DNA of 64,000 bases, taken from the NCBI GenBank assembly GCA_965222375.1, contig CBDCTZ010000005.1, positions 574,821 through 638,820 of the forward strand, written 5' to 3'. The notes beneath the pieces were generated by a model. The model was not told the origin of the DNA. It saw only the letters and a list, made by a program, of their open reading frames with translations, and did not search any database. Made by a program: the position numbers and the translations under genes. This DNA comes from Polyangiaceae bacterium (GTDB taxonomy: Bacteria > Myxococcota_A > Polyangia > Polyangiales > Polyangiaceae). This document shows, one piece after another, positions 9,687 to 19,240 of this stretch; positions within the stretch are counted from its first letter, which is position 1; every line of letters begins with the position of its first letter.

Positions 9687-10921
9687 CTCCCGAAGCGTCG
9701 CGCCACCCGCAACGCGCTACGCACGCCATCCTCGTGAAATCCGTTGTACCAGTACGCGCCCGCGTAGTGGGTCCGGTTGAGGCCGCTGATCTCCTCGAAA
9801 CGAGTCTGTGCTCGAACGGCCTGCTGGGTATACACGGGGTGTTGGTAGTGCATACGCTTCAGCACTTTCTTGGGATCGATGCGGTCCGTCCGATTGAGGG
9901 TCACACAAAAAGTCACCGGAGCTGAAAGCCCTTGAAGCAGGTTCATGTTGTAGGTCACGGTCACGGGGCCAGTCCGATCCGAATCCACGTGGTAGTTCCA
10001 AGCCGCCCAGGCAGCGTGATGGCGAGGTAGGAGCTGCTCATCGGTGTGCAACACCGCCTCATTCGGCTGGTAGCGCATGGCCGATAGCACTTCTTGCTCT
10101 TGCTCCGTCGGGGATTCGAGCAGGTTGAGCGCTTGATCGCTGTGGCACGCGAAGATGACCTCGTCCGCTACGACGCCGCGCCCGTCGTCAAGAGCAACCT
10201 CCACCTCCGACCGCCGACGCACCGCGCTTTTGACGGCGCAGCCTGTGAGAATCTTGTCGCGGAAGCCTTCGGTCAAAGGACCCACGTAGGAGCGGGAACC
10301 ACCGACGATGGTTCGCCAGATAGGTTGGTCCACGACGTTCAGCATCGCGTGATGGTCGAAGAACCGCAGGAAGAACGCGGCTGGGCCTTCGAGCACGTCG
10401 CCTTGATCGGCGGACCAGATTGCTGCGGCCATAGGTACGATGAAGCGTTCGCGGAATGCGCGGCCGTAACCCTCGACCCGCAGCAATTCAGCCAGGCTCG
10501 TGTCTGCCGGTAGATCTGCTAGTGCGCGGCGCGCGGTCCGGCCGAAACGTACGATTTCTAACACCATTCGATGGTGGGCGGGCGACAGCCACGCTCGACG
10601 GTTGGGAAAAAAACCCCGTAGCGTCGTGGCCGCGTATTCGAAACCGGAGCGCTCATCTCGAACGCCAAAGCTCATGTTGCTCGGTCGAGACGCCACACCC
10701 AAGCGCTGAAGTAACCTTGTGAACCGCGGATAGGTCCAGGTGTTGAACACGATGAATCCGGTATCCACGGCGTAGCTCGCGCCGCCGACCTCGACATCGA
10801 GGGTGTGGGTGTGGCCGCCTATGTGGTCGGCGGCCTCTAACACCGTAACGTCGTGCGCGGGCGCCAGTAGGTGCGCACAAACCAGCCCGGAAATCCCGGA
10901 GCCCACGATGATCACGCGCAT
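9674..10921 (-). CDS. FAD-dependent oxidoreductase (amine oxidase-like) associated with cfa/DUF1365
   Basis: GSGISG Rossmann motif, GGHTHT, VDTGFIVFN..TYP, GAYWYNGFHEDG. Confidence 0.9.
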   Translation of the reverse strand: MRVIIVGSGISGLVCAHLLAPAHDVTVLEAADHIGGHTHTLDVEVGGASYAVDTGFIVFNTWTYPRFTRLLQRLGVASRPSNMSFGVRDERSGFEYAATTLRGFFPNRRAWLSPAHHRMVLEIVRFGRTARRALADLPADTSLAELLRVEGYGRAFRERFIVPMAAAIWSADQGDVLEGPAAFFLRFFDHHAMLNVVDQPIWRTIVGGSRSYVGPLTEGFRDKILTGCAVKSAVRRRSEVEVALDDGRGVVADEVIFACHSDQALNLLESPTEQEQEVLSAMRYQPNEAVLHTDEQLLPRHHAAWAAWNYHVDSDRTGPVTVTYNMNLLQGLSAPVTFCVTLNRTDRIDPKKVLKRMHYQHPVYTQQAVRAQTRFEEISGLNRTHYAGAYWYNGFHEDGVRSALRVARRFGRWLD

Positions 10922-11037
10922 GCCCTGTCCATAGGTCGTCTAGGACAGAACCGACAGGTCCGACACCCAATTTTTCCTCCTACAGCTTGGCAGCCGAGCG
11001 AAGGCTGCGCATAGATCCGAGACCCTTGCCGCGCGCC

Positions 11038-12204
11038 ATGTCGTTTTTTCTGTTTTTCGCTGTCGCTCTCAGCCTGGTCGGCGCGGTGCACTACTACATC
11101 TGGGCGCGACTGGTGCGGGACATGGCGCTGCCGGATTGGGCGCATCGGGGTCTGACCCTGGTGGTGGTGGCGCTGTGTCTGAGCATTCCGTTGACCTTCT
11201 GGCTGGGCCGCCGGCTGCCCTTGGACAACACGCGACCGCTGATGCTGGTCGCCTTCGGTTGGCTCGGGATGGTGTTCCTGCTCCTGGTGGTGCTCGGGAT
11301 GAGCGAACTCGTGCGCGCCGGCTTCGGGCTCTGGGCGCGCTTCGCATCCGACTTGCCTCCCGAAGACCCCGAACGCCGGTTGACTCTCTCGCGCATGGTG
11401 GGAGGCACCGTGGCGGTGGTGTCGGGCGGCCTTGGCGCCCTGGCGACCCACCAGGGACTGACGCGTCTGGTCGTGAAGAGAATCGAGGTCGCCCTGCCTC
11501 GCTTTCCATCCTCTCTGAACGGGTTTTCCATCGTGCAGATCAGCGACGTGCATGTGGGACCGACCATTCGCCGGGAGTTCATCGAGAGCATCGTTGAGCG
11601 CGTCAACGCGCTCGAGCCGGACTTGATAGCCATCACCGGTGATCTGGTGGATGGCTCCGTGGCCCAGCTGGCCAAACACATTGCCCCGCTCGCAGATCTG
11701 AAGGCGACCCATGGGGTCTTTTTCGTGACTGGCAATCACGAGTACTACTCCGGTGTGGATGCTTGGTGCTCGGAGCTGCGCCGCATCGGGATCCAGGTGC
11801 TTCAGAACGAGCGCGTGCAAATTGGGCAAGGCTCCCAGAGCTTCGATTTGGCCGGGGTCGACGACTACAGTGCCGGTCGCTTCGGGCGAGCTCCCAGTCT
11901 CGAGCGCGCCCTCGAAGGCCGGAATTCCGAGCGGGAACTCGTGCTGTTGGCGCACCAACCCCGTGCGGTGTTCGAGGCAAGCAAGTCCGGAGTGGGCTTG
12001 CAGCTGTCGGGACACACCCACGGCGGCCAAATCTGGCCCTGGAACATCTTCGTCAAGCTGCAGCAGCCCGTCGTCAGCGGCTTGGAGCGTTTCGGCGACA
12101 CACTCGTCTACGTCAGCAACGGTACGGGTTATTGGGGCCCTCCCATGCGGCTCGGCGCACCCGCAGAGATCACTCGATTGGAACTGTCCGCCAAATCCGC
12201 GTGA
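11038..12204 (+). CDS. Membrane-anchored metallophosphoesterase (YkuE-like)
   Basis: N-terminal TM helices; SDVH, TGDLVD, GNHE, LAHQP, SGHTHGGQ, G.WGPPMR. Confidence 0.92.
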   Translation: MSFFLFFAVALSLVGAVHYYIWARLVRDMALPDWAHRGLTLVVVALCLSIPLTFWLGRRLPLDNTRPLMLVAFGWLGMVFLLLVVLGMSELVRAGFGLWARFASDLPPEDPERRLTLSRMVGGTVAVVSGGLGALATHQGLTRLVVKRIEVALPRFPSSLNGFSIVQISDVHVGPTIRREFIESIVERVNALEPDLIAITGDLVDGSVAQLAKHIAPLADLKATHGVFFVTGNHEYYSGVDAWCSELRRIGIQVLQNERVQIGQGSQSFDLAGVDDYSAGRFGRAPSLERALEGRNSERELVLLAHQPRAVFEASKSGVGLQLSGHTHGGQIWPWNIFVKLQQPVVSGLERFGDTLVYVSNGTGYWGPPMRLGAPAEITRLELSAKSA

Positions 12205-13757
12205 GCTTCTGCGATTGCGCGAGCGACGCGAATGCCGTCCACGGCGGCGCTGACGATGCCGCCAGCATAGCCGGCGCCCTCCCCAGCGGGATACAGACCG
12301 ACGCAGTCCGGCGACTGTAGCGACGCCGGATCACGCAAAACGCGAACGGGAGCACTCGTGCGAGACTCCGTCGCTACGAGCACTGCGTCCTCGGTAACGA
12401 AGCCTCGCATCTTCTTGCCGAACGCGGTCAAGGCACGGGCGAGTCGCTCGGACAGCGGCAATCCAGACGCAGCGAGCACTTCGCGCACGTCCCCAGCGGC
12501 AAGCCCTGGTCGATAGCTACTCTGGGGTGCCGTGCTCGAGCCCCGCCCTTCTACGAAGTCGGTCACTCGCGTCGCAGGCGCGTGCAGTCGGCCACTCCCA
12601 GCGGCCAATGCTGCCGCTTCAACTCGACGCTGGAGCTCGACGCCGCCCTGAGGGTCCGTAAGCCCAAGGGCGGCCAGGTCCTCGAGTTCGACGCTGACCA
12701 CCAAGCCCGAATTCGCGAAGGGGGAGTCGCGCCGAGACAGGCTCATTCCGTTGACCACCAAGCCACTCGAATCCGTAGAGGCGGGCACGATGAACCCTCC
12801 CGGACACATGCAAAAGGAGAACACCCCCCTGCCCTCCTGGGTCAACGCCAGGCGGTAGCTCGCCGAAGGTAGCTTCGGATGGCCCGCTGCCTTGCCGTAC
12901 TGGATGCGGTTGATCAGCGGTTGGGGATGTTCGACGCGCACTCCCAGCGCGAAGGGTTTGGCCTCGAGGCGAACGCCCGAAGCTGCGAGCCACGAAAAAA
13001 CATCCCGAGCAGAGTGCCCCGTGGCCACCACCACCGCGGCGGCGGCCACTTCGTCGCCATCCGCGAGCCGAACACCCTGCACACGGCCTGCCCGTGTGAT
13101 CAGCTCGGTGACGCGGGCGCCGAATCGGAACTTCACTCCGACGCCTTCGAGCGCAAGCCGCATCGCGGTGATCACGTTCGGTAGTCGGTTGCTTCCAATG
13201 TGCGGTCGGGCGTCAGTGAGTATGTCCCGGGGCGCGCCGTGGATAGCCAGGATCTCGAGCACGTCAGCGACGCTGCCGCGCTTGTGGGAGCGGGTGTAGA
13301 GTTTGCCGTCGCTGTAGGTACCGGCGCCACCCTCACCAAAGCAGTAGTTGCTGTCCGGATCGACGTCTCCTCGCGCATACAGCCCCTTGAGGTCCTTGCG
13401 ACGTGGCTGTACGGGCTTGCCCCGGTCGAGCACCACGCTTGCAATTGTGTGTCTCGCGAGTTCGTACGCACAGAACAGCCCCGCAGGACCGTCTCCAACA
13501 ATCACCACCCGAGGCGGCTGCTTTACATCTCGGGGCACCGCACCTCCCAGTTGCTGGTCAGCCTGTGACTCCCCAACCGTCAGCAAGAAGCGCACCCTCC
13601 CATGCCGCGCGTCCACGGAGCGCTTCTTGACTTCGAGTTGTGGCAACTCGCTCCGGGGCACGCCCAACTTGGCGGCGGCGGCATGCGCCAGGGCCTCGGG
13701 ATCGTCCGCATCGTCCAGACCCAGCTGCAGCTGAACGTCATCGAAGGGGCGCTGCAT
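12129..13757 (-). CDS. Uncharacterised FAD-dependent oxidoreductase
   Basis: GDGPAG, FGEGGAGTYSDGKL, FCMCPGG, ESRTSAP, GEGAGYAGGIVSAAVDG. Overlaps the convergent metallophosphoesterase gene by 76 bp. Confidence 0.88.
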   Translation of the reverse strand: MQRPFDDVQLQLGLDDADDPEALAHAAAAKLGVPRSELPQLEVKKRSVDARHGRVRFLLTVGESQADQQLGGAVPRDVKQPPRVVIVGDGPAGLFCAYELARHTIASVVLDRGKPVQPRRKDLKGLYARGDVDPDSNYCFGEGGAGTYSDGKLYTRSHKRGSVADVLEILAIHGAPRDILTDARPHIGSNRLPNVITAMRLALEGVGVKFRFGARVTELITRAGRVQGVRLADGDEVAAAAVVVATGHSARDVFSWLAASGVRLEAKPFALGVRVEHPQPLINRIQYGKAAGHPKLPSASYRLALTQEGRGVFSFCMCPGGFIVPASTDSSGLVVNGMSLSRRDSPFANSGLVVSVELEDLAALGLTDPQGGVELQRRVEAAALAAGSGRLHAPATRVTDFVEGRGSSTAPQSSYRPGLAAGDVREVLAASGLPLSERLARALTAFGKKMRGFVTEDAVLVATESRTSAPVRVLRDPASLQSPDCVGLYPAGEGAGYAGGIVSAAVDGIRVARAIAEAHADLADSSNRVISAGAPSRMGGPQ

Positions 13758-13811
13758 GGGCCACGAGCATAAGTCCTGCGCTGCCAAACAGCACAAAACA
13801 CCTTATGAATC

Positions 13812-13838
13812 CGATCCGAAGGCCGCTGTCAGTCGTAG
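13812..13838 (+). promoter_or_regulatory. Putative ECF sigma promoter (autoregulatory), CGATCC-N16-CGTAG
   Basis: Same -35/-10 hexamers and 16-nt spacing as the site at 15145; directly upstream of the ECF gene. Confidence 0.6.
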
Positions 13839-13921
13839 AATCTGTCGTGTTCTGTGCCACCCCCGACGCTGACTGGCGGACCCGGCTTCCTGCCAGCGCT
13901 CGGGCCTGGTACTTTCCAGTC

Positions 13922-14500
13922 GTGAACCGCAGCCGCTCAGTCGAAGCCACCCGTGCCGACGACGCTGCGCTGTTGAGCCGACTCGCTCGAGGGGATCGCG
14001 ATGCCTTGGCGGCTCTGTACGACGCCTACTCTTCCGCTGTGTTCGGCGTGGTTCGGCGCATCGTGCGAACCGCGACGGAAGCAGAGGACATTTGTCACGA
14101 CGTCTTCGTGGAAGCTTGGCGCCGAGCGGCGGACTATGACCCGGCGCGGGGCTCGGTTCGGACTTGGTTGGTCTTGCGGGCGCGGAGCCGCGCCCTCGAT
14201 CATGTCAAGAGCGCGGCAGTGAGTCGCACGGACGCGCTCACCGAGCTCGTTCGCTCTGACGACTCGCCAGACTCCGCCATGGCTCGCGCCAGCGACGGCG
14301 CTCGAGTCGTGAGTGCATTGTCTGCCTTGCCGGAAGAACAGCGAGCAGTACTACTACTCGGGTACTTTCAGGGGTTATCCTCCACGGAAATCGCGGAGGT
14401 GATGGGCACGCCGGTCGGGACCGTCAAATCCCGGGTTGCGTCCGCTTTGGGTCGGCTGCGGAAGCTGCTAGCAGAACCGGTCAAGGAGGGCGCCACATGA
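13922..14500 (+). CDS. ECF-family RNA polymerase sigma factor
   Basis: Region 2 (AEDICHDVFVEAW...WL...RSRALD) and region 4 (LPEEQR...YFQGLS..EIA..MGTPVGTVKSR). GTG 13922 chosen because it lies downstream of the predicted promoter. Confidence 0.9.
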   Translation: MNRSRSVEATRADDAALLSRLARGDRDALAALYDAYSSAVFGVVRRIVRTATEAEDICHDVFVEAWRRAADYDPARGSVRTWLVLRARSRALDHVKSAAVSRTDALTELVRSDDSPDSAMARASDGARVVSALSALPEEQRAVLLLGYFQGLSSTEIAEVMGTPVGTVKSRVASALGRLRKLLAEPVKEGAT

Positions 14501-15087
14501 GCAGTCCGAAGGCCGACATTCCCGAACTATTCGCGGAAGTGCTGTCTGAGGCGGGCATTTCCGAGGCCGAAGCGCGCGAAATCGCTGGCGCCCTCGCGAT
14601 GACAGTAGACGCGACGCCACCCCGTTCGCTCCGCGGGCGCCTAGTAGAAACAGTCTCGCAGCCAGACCAGCGCTACGCCCCATTCTGGGAGCGGCTGACG
14701 AGCATGTTCGACCTGCCCCTAGAGGCCATGCGCAAGGTGCTGTCCAGCGCGAAAGAGGTCACTAGTTGGGAGGCCGCACCCGTGCCGGGGGTGGATCTGT
14801 TGCACTTCGATGGCGGCGCCCAAGTGGCGACGGCAGATTGCGGCCTGGTGCGCCTGGCACCGGGCACCCAATTCCCCGAGCACACCCACCTGGGCAATGA
14901 ACTGGTTTTCGTCCTCGCTGGCAGCTACGCGGACAGCGGTGGACGGGTCTACTCAGCTGGTGACGTGCAGGAAATGCCTGCAGGAACGTCCCACAGCTTC
15001 ATGGCATCGCCGGACGACGGTTGTTTATTTGCGCTAGTCCTCGTTGCAGGCATCGAGATCCCGGGGCTCGGCAAGCTGGGCGGCTGA
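14497..15087 (+). CDS. ChrR-like cupin-domain anti-sigma factor
   Basis: ATGA overlap with the sigma gene; cupin motif PG..FPEHTHLGNE..FVL.G...D...Y..GD.......SH. Confidence 0.78.
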   Translation: MSSPKADIPELFAEVLSEAGISEAEAREIAGALAMTVDATPPRSLRGRLVETVSQPDQRYAPFWERLTSMFDLPLEAMRKVLSSAKEVTSWEAAPVPGVDLLHFDGGAQVATADCGLVRLAPGTQFPEHTHLGNELVFVLAGSYADSGGRVYSAGDVQEMPAGTSHSFMASPDDGCLFALVLVAGIEIPGLGKLGG

Positions 15088-15144
15088 TTTACGCAGCGAC
15101 TTCAGCCAGTTGCGGCGAATCGCCAGCGACCGCCGCTTGAGATG

Positions 15145-15171
15145 CGATCCAGCAGGCCCACGCGCTCGTAA
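15145..15171 (+). promoter_or_regulatory. Putative ECF sigma promoter, CGATCC-N16-CGTAA
   Basis: Matches the site at 13812; about 60 bp upstream of the DUF4331 operon. Confidence 0.6.
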
Positions 15172-15231
15172 GTACCCTGAGCTTTCGGAGCCAGTTCCGA
15201 GGGCAACTAACCACTTCATTCTGGAGGTTTC

Positions 15232-15867
15232 ATGCGTAACCAATGGTGGCTCGCCCTTGGCGGGCCCATAGCGCTCGGCGTTGGGCTCTTGTTCATCGGT
15301 TCGGACAGCAACGCTGCCGATCATATCGATGCTCCCGGGGCGACCAATGATCCCGCAGCCGATATCAACGACCTGTTCGTATTCCGAAGCAAAGATCCCG
15401 CAGCGGTCGCGACGGACCGCACGGTGTTCGCCCTGACGGTTACCCCTTTGGCGACCGCAACTAGCCGCTTCAGTGACAAAGTGGACTACGAATTCCGCAT
15501 CACCGACGCGGACGCTCCCGCGAATACGTTCACCATCAAATGCAACGCGACGGCGGACGCAAGCCAGATGGTGACCTGCGCCATCGGAAGCGACACCAAG
15601 ACGGTCGCCTTTGATGCAGTTGAAGCAGGTGACGCTGTCGGCGACAACATACGGGTCTTCGCCGGGCTGAGGGATGATCCGTTCTTCGCTGATCTCCCGG
15701 AGATCCAGGACACGCTGAAGACTGGCAAGCCCGACAAGATGATCGACGGCAAAGGCGTCGACTTTCTCGCTGGCAAGAACGTGCTTGCCCTGGTTGTTGA
15801 CGTGAAGAACACCGTGTTCGGCTCGTCGACGAACCTCAAGGTCCACGCTGTCACAGTGCGGAAGTAA
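15232..15867 (+). CDS. DUF4331-family exported protein
   Basis: Signal peptide; AADH.DAP, ADINDLFVF, VFAGLRDDPFF.D, DFLAGKNV.A.VV.V. Confidence 0.8.
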   Translation: MRNQWWLALGGPIALGVGLLFIGSDSNAADHIDAPGATNDPAADINDLFVFRSKDPAAVATDRTVFALTVTPLATATSRFSDKVDYEFRITDADAPANTFTIKCNATADASQMVTCAIGSDTKTVAFDAVEAGDAVGDNIRVFAGLRDDPFFADLPEIQDTLKTGKPDKMIDGKGVDFLAGKNVLALVVDVKNTVFGSSTNLKVHAVTVRK

Positions 15868-15879
15868 AGGAGAGCGGTC

Positions 15880-16548
15880 ATGAAAAAGCTACTACCTCTA
15901 GCTGGTTGCATACTCCTCAGCAGCACGATGCTCATCGGCTGCGGCGACGATGACGACGACAAGAAGGCGGCAACGGGCGGCACGGGTGGGTCAACCGGCG
16001 GCGCTGGCGGAGCAACGGGCGGCGCTGGTAGCGCGACCGGTGGCGCCGGTGGTGCGACCGGCGGTGCTGGCGGAGCAACAGGCGGCGCGGGTGGCGCACT
16101 ACCGACGGGGCAGATCGACCGCAACGGTCGCCCCGCGATCTCCACGGCCCTCATCGCGGCGGCCAACAAGGACGCCTACAATCAGGCGGCCCCGGCTGCC
16201 TGGGCAAGCTTCGCCACGGAAATCGAAACCGCCCTCGACACGATCGATGGTCTCGACGGCGACAAGACCAACGGGCTTCTCGCCTCCACTCGCTCAGCCC
16301 TTGCCGGCGTCATTGCTGACGACCAGCTCCAGATCGATCTCACCATCGCGGACTGCGACGGCGCCTATCTGGCGCTGGAGCTCGCCACGCCAAACAAATG
16401 CGGTGGACGCACCCTCGATCAGGACGTGGTTGACACTACGCTCCAGTCCCTGGTGGACGCGACCGCCACCACCAAGGTAAGCGATGATGTCAGTGCAAAC
16501 GACAAAGCGAACACTGACGCTTTCCCCTACCTGGCCGCGCCTCACTGA
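15880..16548 (+). CDS. DUF4331-like lipoprotein with Gly-rich linker
   Basis: Lipobox LIGC; QIDRNGRPAIST, GGRTL..DVVD, FPYLAAPH. Confidence 0.75.
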   Translation: MKKLLPLAGCILLSSTMLIGCGDDDDDKKAATGGTGGSTGGAGGATGGAGSATGGAGGATGGAGGATGGAGGALPTGQIDRNGRPAISTALIAAANKDAYNQAAPAAWASFATEIETALDTIDGLDGDKTNGLLASTRSALAGVIADDQLQIDLTIADCDGAYLALELATPNKCGGRTLDQDVVDTTLQSLVDATATTKVSDDVSANDKANTDAFPYLAAPH

Positions 16549-16620
16549 ACCCATCACCCCGAAAGTCGGAGCGCCTCGGCGAACAGTCCCGCTGAGGCGC
16601 TCATTTTCGTGAGAGCTGAC

Positions 16621-17994
16621 ATGAAGAAGATCCTTTGCATCGTCATCACTGTAGCTGCCGCTGGTTGCACCGAGCACGACGACACCCCACAGCCCGTCGC
16701 CAGCGCCGCGCCACTGACGAGCGCACCAGCCGCCAGTGCCAGCGCGGGCATTCCGTCCCCGCGAGCACCGCTGTCCCGCCCGCGCACGCAGTCCGAGCTG
16801 GGTACCACGAACGCCCGCATCTTCATGGGCAACTTGCAGGGGTCGGTAACAGCTGCCAAAGAGCGCTGGCTCAAGGACAAGCCGGCGGCTCATGCGGCAC
16901 TTCTCTACGCGACCCCGCTGACCGCGACGGCAAAGATCTCCGGGGATTTGAACCAATTCGGAAAAGCGCTGGAGGTCGTCGAAACTGCCCTGACCAAGGA
17001 GCCCAAGAACCCGAAACTGCTAGCTCAGCAGGCTGGGCTGCTTTCCAGCCTGCATCGCTTCGACAAGGCAGCCGCGGCCGCGAAGGCCGCACATGAGCTG
17101 GCGCCCTCCCATGCCACCCGTGTGCTTCTGGCGGAGGTTGCCTGGAATAGCGGGAACTACGACGTGGCGATCAAAGAAATCCGCGCCATCGCTAGGGATA
17201 AGCCGTCCCTCTACAGTCTCGCTCGCCTGGCACAGCTCGAATTTGCTCTCGGCCATGTCAAGGGTGCTGAGGACGCTTTCGCACGAGCCGAGACTCAGTT
17301 CAAGAACGTCTCCCCCGTCCCCATAGCGTGGCTGAACGTGCAGCGTGGGCTGTTGGGGTTGCACACCGGGCGCTTCGAGATGGCGCAGATGTTCTACCGG
17401 GAAGCGGTAGATCGAATGCCCGACTACCCCATGGCCGTAGAGCACCTGGCTGAGATAGAGGCCCTTCGGGGCCAGCGCGAAGAAGCGGTCACGCGGTACA
17501 AGAAGGTCGTCAAAGCGACCGACAACCCCGAGCTAATCGGAGCGCTGGGCGGATTGCTCGCCGAGTACGGACAGACGGAGGAGTCCGAACGCATGGTCAA
17601 GCGCGCGAAAGACCGATTCGATGAGCTCTTGAAGCGCTTCCCGGAAGCGATGGCCGGCCACGCCGCGGACTTCTATCTGGGCGAGGGCGGCGACAAGAAA
17701 CGCGCCCTTGCGCTGCTGGAACGGAACTTCCAGCTGCGACCGAACGCCGAAGCAAGCGCGGCGTTGGCGGCTGCTAAGTTGGAAAACGGCGACCTTCTTG
17801 GCGCGGCCAAGCTCGTGGATGAAGCCCTGGCTTCACCCGTGAAGAAAGCCGAAATCTATTGGACAGCCGCTCGGATCCGCCTCGCCCAAGAGCGCGCCGC
17901 GGACTCGAAGGCGCTGGCTGCAAAGGCCAAGGCGCTCAACCCCAAGATAGCAGTGCTGGAAGGGCCCCTGGCTGCGGAGCCGGAGCCGAAGTAA
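16621..17994 (+). CDS. Tetratricopeptide-repeat lipoprotein
   Basis: Lipobox AAGC; Ala/Leu-rich helical repeats; follows the DUF4331 genes. Confidence 0.72.
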   Translation: MKKILCIVITVAAAGCTEHDDTPQPVASAAPLTSAPAASASAGIPSPRAPLSRPRTQSELGTTNARIFMGNLQGSVTAAKERWLKDKPAAHAALLYATPLTATAKISGDLNQFGKALEVVETALTKEPKNPKLLAQQAGLLSSLHRFDKAAAAAKAAHELAPSHATRVLLAEVAWNSGNYDVAIKEIRAIARDKPSLYSLARLAQLEFALGHVKGAEDAFARAETQFKNVSPVPIAWLNVQRGLLGLHTGRFEMAQMFYREAVDRMPDYPMAVEHLAEIEALRGQREEAVTRYKKVVKATDNPELIGALGGLLAEYGQTEESERMVKRAKDRFDELLKRFPEAMAGHAADFYLGEGGDKKRALALLERNFQLRPNAEASAALAAAKLENGDLLGAAKLVDEALASPVKKAEIYWTAARIRLAQERAADSKALAAKAKALNPKIAVLEGPLAAEPEPK

Positions 17995-18004
17995 AGCAGC
18001 CGGC

Positions 18005-19240
18005 ATGCCGAAGGTCCTCGAATTCTACTTCGACTACTCCTGTCCATACGCCTACCTGGCCTCGACTCGAGTGCAGCGCATTGCCGACGCCACGGGCGCA
18101 AGACTCGAATACAAGCCGTTCCTACTCGGAGGAGTGTTTCGCGCGCTCGGTAGCGCAACGCCAGACGTGCTGCCCATGTCCCCGGCCAGGGCAAAGCTGA
18201 ATGGTCTGGATATGCAACGCTTTGCGGAACTCTTCGACGTGCCGCTCAACATGCCCCGAACGCATCCCAACCGCACGGTCACGGCGTTGCGAGCCACCCT
18301 GGCAAGCAAGGATTTGGCGTCGGCTTGTCACGCTCTGTTCAAAGCTTATTGGGTCGAGGGACAAGACTTGAGCGACGACGACGTCATTTCGAGGGCGCTC
18401 ACCACCGCTGGGCTGGACGCTCGAGCTGCTCTTGCGGCTGCAGGCCAAACGGCAATCAAGGACGAGCTGCGCAGCCGCACCCAAGAGGCCATCGACCGCG
18501 GTGTCTTCGGCGCGCCCGCCTGTTTCGTCGATGGCGAGCTATTCTGGGGACAGGACAGGCTGGGGTTCGTCGCCGAAGCGCTGGGAGGCGACCCGGGCCT
18601 CGTTGGGCTGCGCCCGGACCCGGCCGGAGCCGACAAGCCGGAGCAGGTGGAGTTCTTCTTCGACTTTTCCAGCCCCTTTGCCTACCTGGCCTCCACCCAA
18701 ATCGAGCGAGTCGCGGCTTCTGCGGCTGCAAGCGTCGCTTTCCGCCCTTTCTTGCTGGGCGCTCTGTTCAAGAACATTGGGACCGCCAATGTGCCGATGC
18801 TGGAGTACTCCCCCGCGAAACAAGCTTGGATCGGAAAGGACATCGCGCGGCATGCAGAGCGCTACGGCATCGGTTTTCGCTTCCCATCCACTTTCCCGAT
18901 CCGAAGCGTACTGCCCCTGCGTGCCGCCATCGCTGCCGGGGATCAACTGCCCGCCGTCATGCACACGCTCTTCAAGGCAGCCTGGGTGGACGATCGCGAC
19001 ATCGCCGAGCCAGGGAGCCTGGCCAAGATCCTCGAGGACGGCGGGCACGACGCTGGACTCGTGGAGCGTGCATCTGACCCCAGCGTCAAAGCCAAACTGC
19101 GAGAGCACACGGACCGCGCTCAGGCCATAGAAGCCTGTGGCGCCCCGACCTTCCTGGTCGGACAGCATGTGTTTTGGGGCCAGGACCGGCTGGAGCTGGT
19201 TCGGCGCGCACTGCTGGGATGGAAACCCAGCGCCGGCTAG
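18005..19240 (+). CDS. 2-hydroxychromene-2-carboxylate isomerase / kappa-class GST (DsbA fold), tandem two-domain form
   Basis: Two copies of the domain: FYFDYSCPYAYL...GVFGAP...FWGQDRL and FFFDFSSPFAYL...GAPTF...FWGQDRL. Confidence 0.88.
   Translation: MPKVLEFYFDYSCPYAYLASTRVQRIADATGARLEYKPFLLGGVFRALGSATPDVLPMSPARAKLNGLDMQRFAELFDVPLNMPRTHPNRTVTALRATLASKDLASACHALFKAYWVEGQDLSDDDVISRALTTAGLDARAALAAAGQTAIKDELRSRTQEAIDRGVFGAPACFVDGELFWGQDRLGFVAEALGGDPGLVGLRPDPAGADKPEQVEFFFDFSSPFAYLASTQIERVAASAAASVAFRPFLLGALFKNIGTANVPMLEYSPAKQAWIGKDIARHAERYGIGFRFPSTFPIRSVLPLRAAIAAGDQLPAVMHTLFKAAWVDDRDIAEPGSLAKILEDGGHDAGLVERASDPSVKAKLREHTDRAQAIEACGAPTFLVGQHVFWGQDRLELVRRALLGWKPSAG

Noticed and set aside
10921..11040. 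ECF promoter for the cfa-cluster operon
   Set aside because: The best match, CGGACC-N16-GACG, deviates in both boxes from CGATCC-N16-CGTA.
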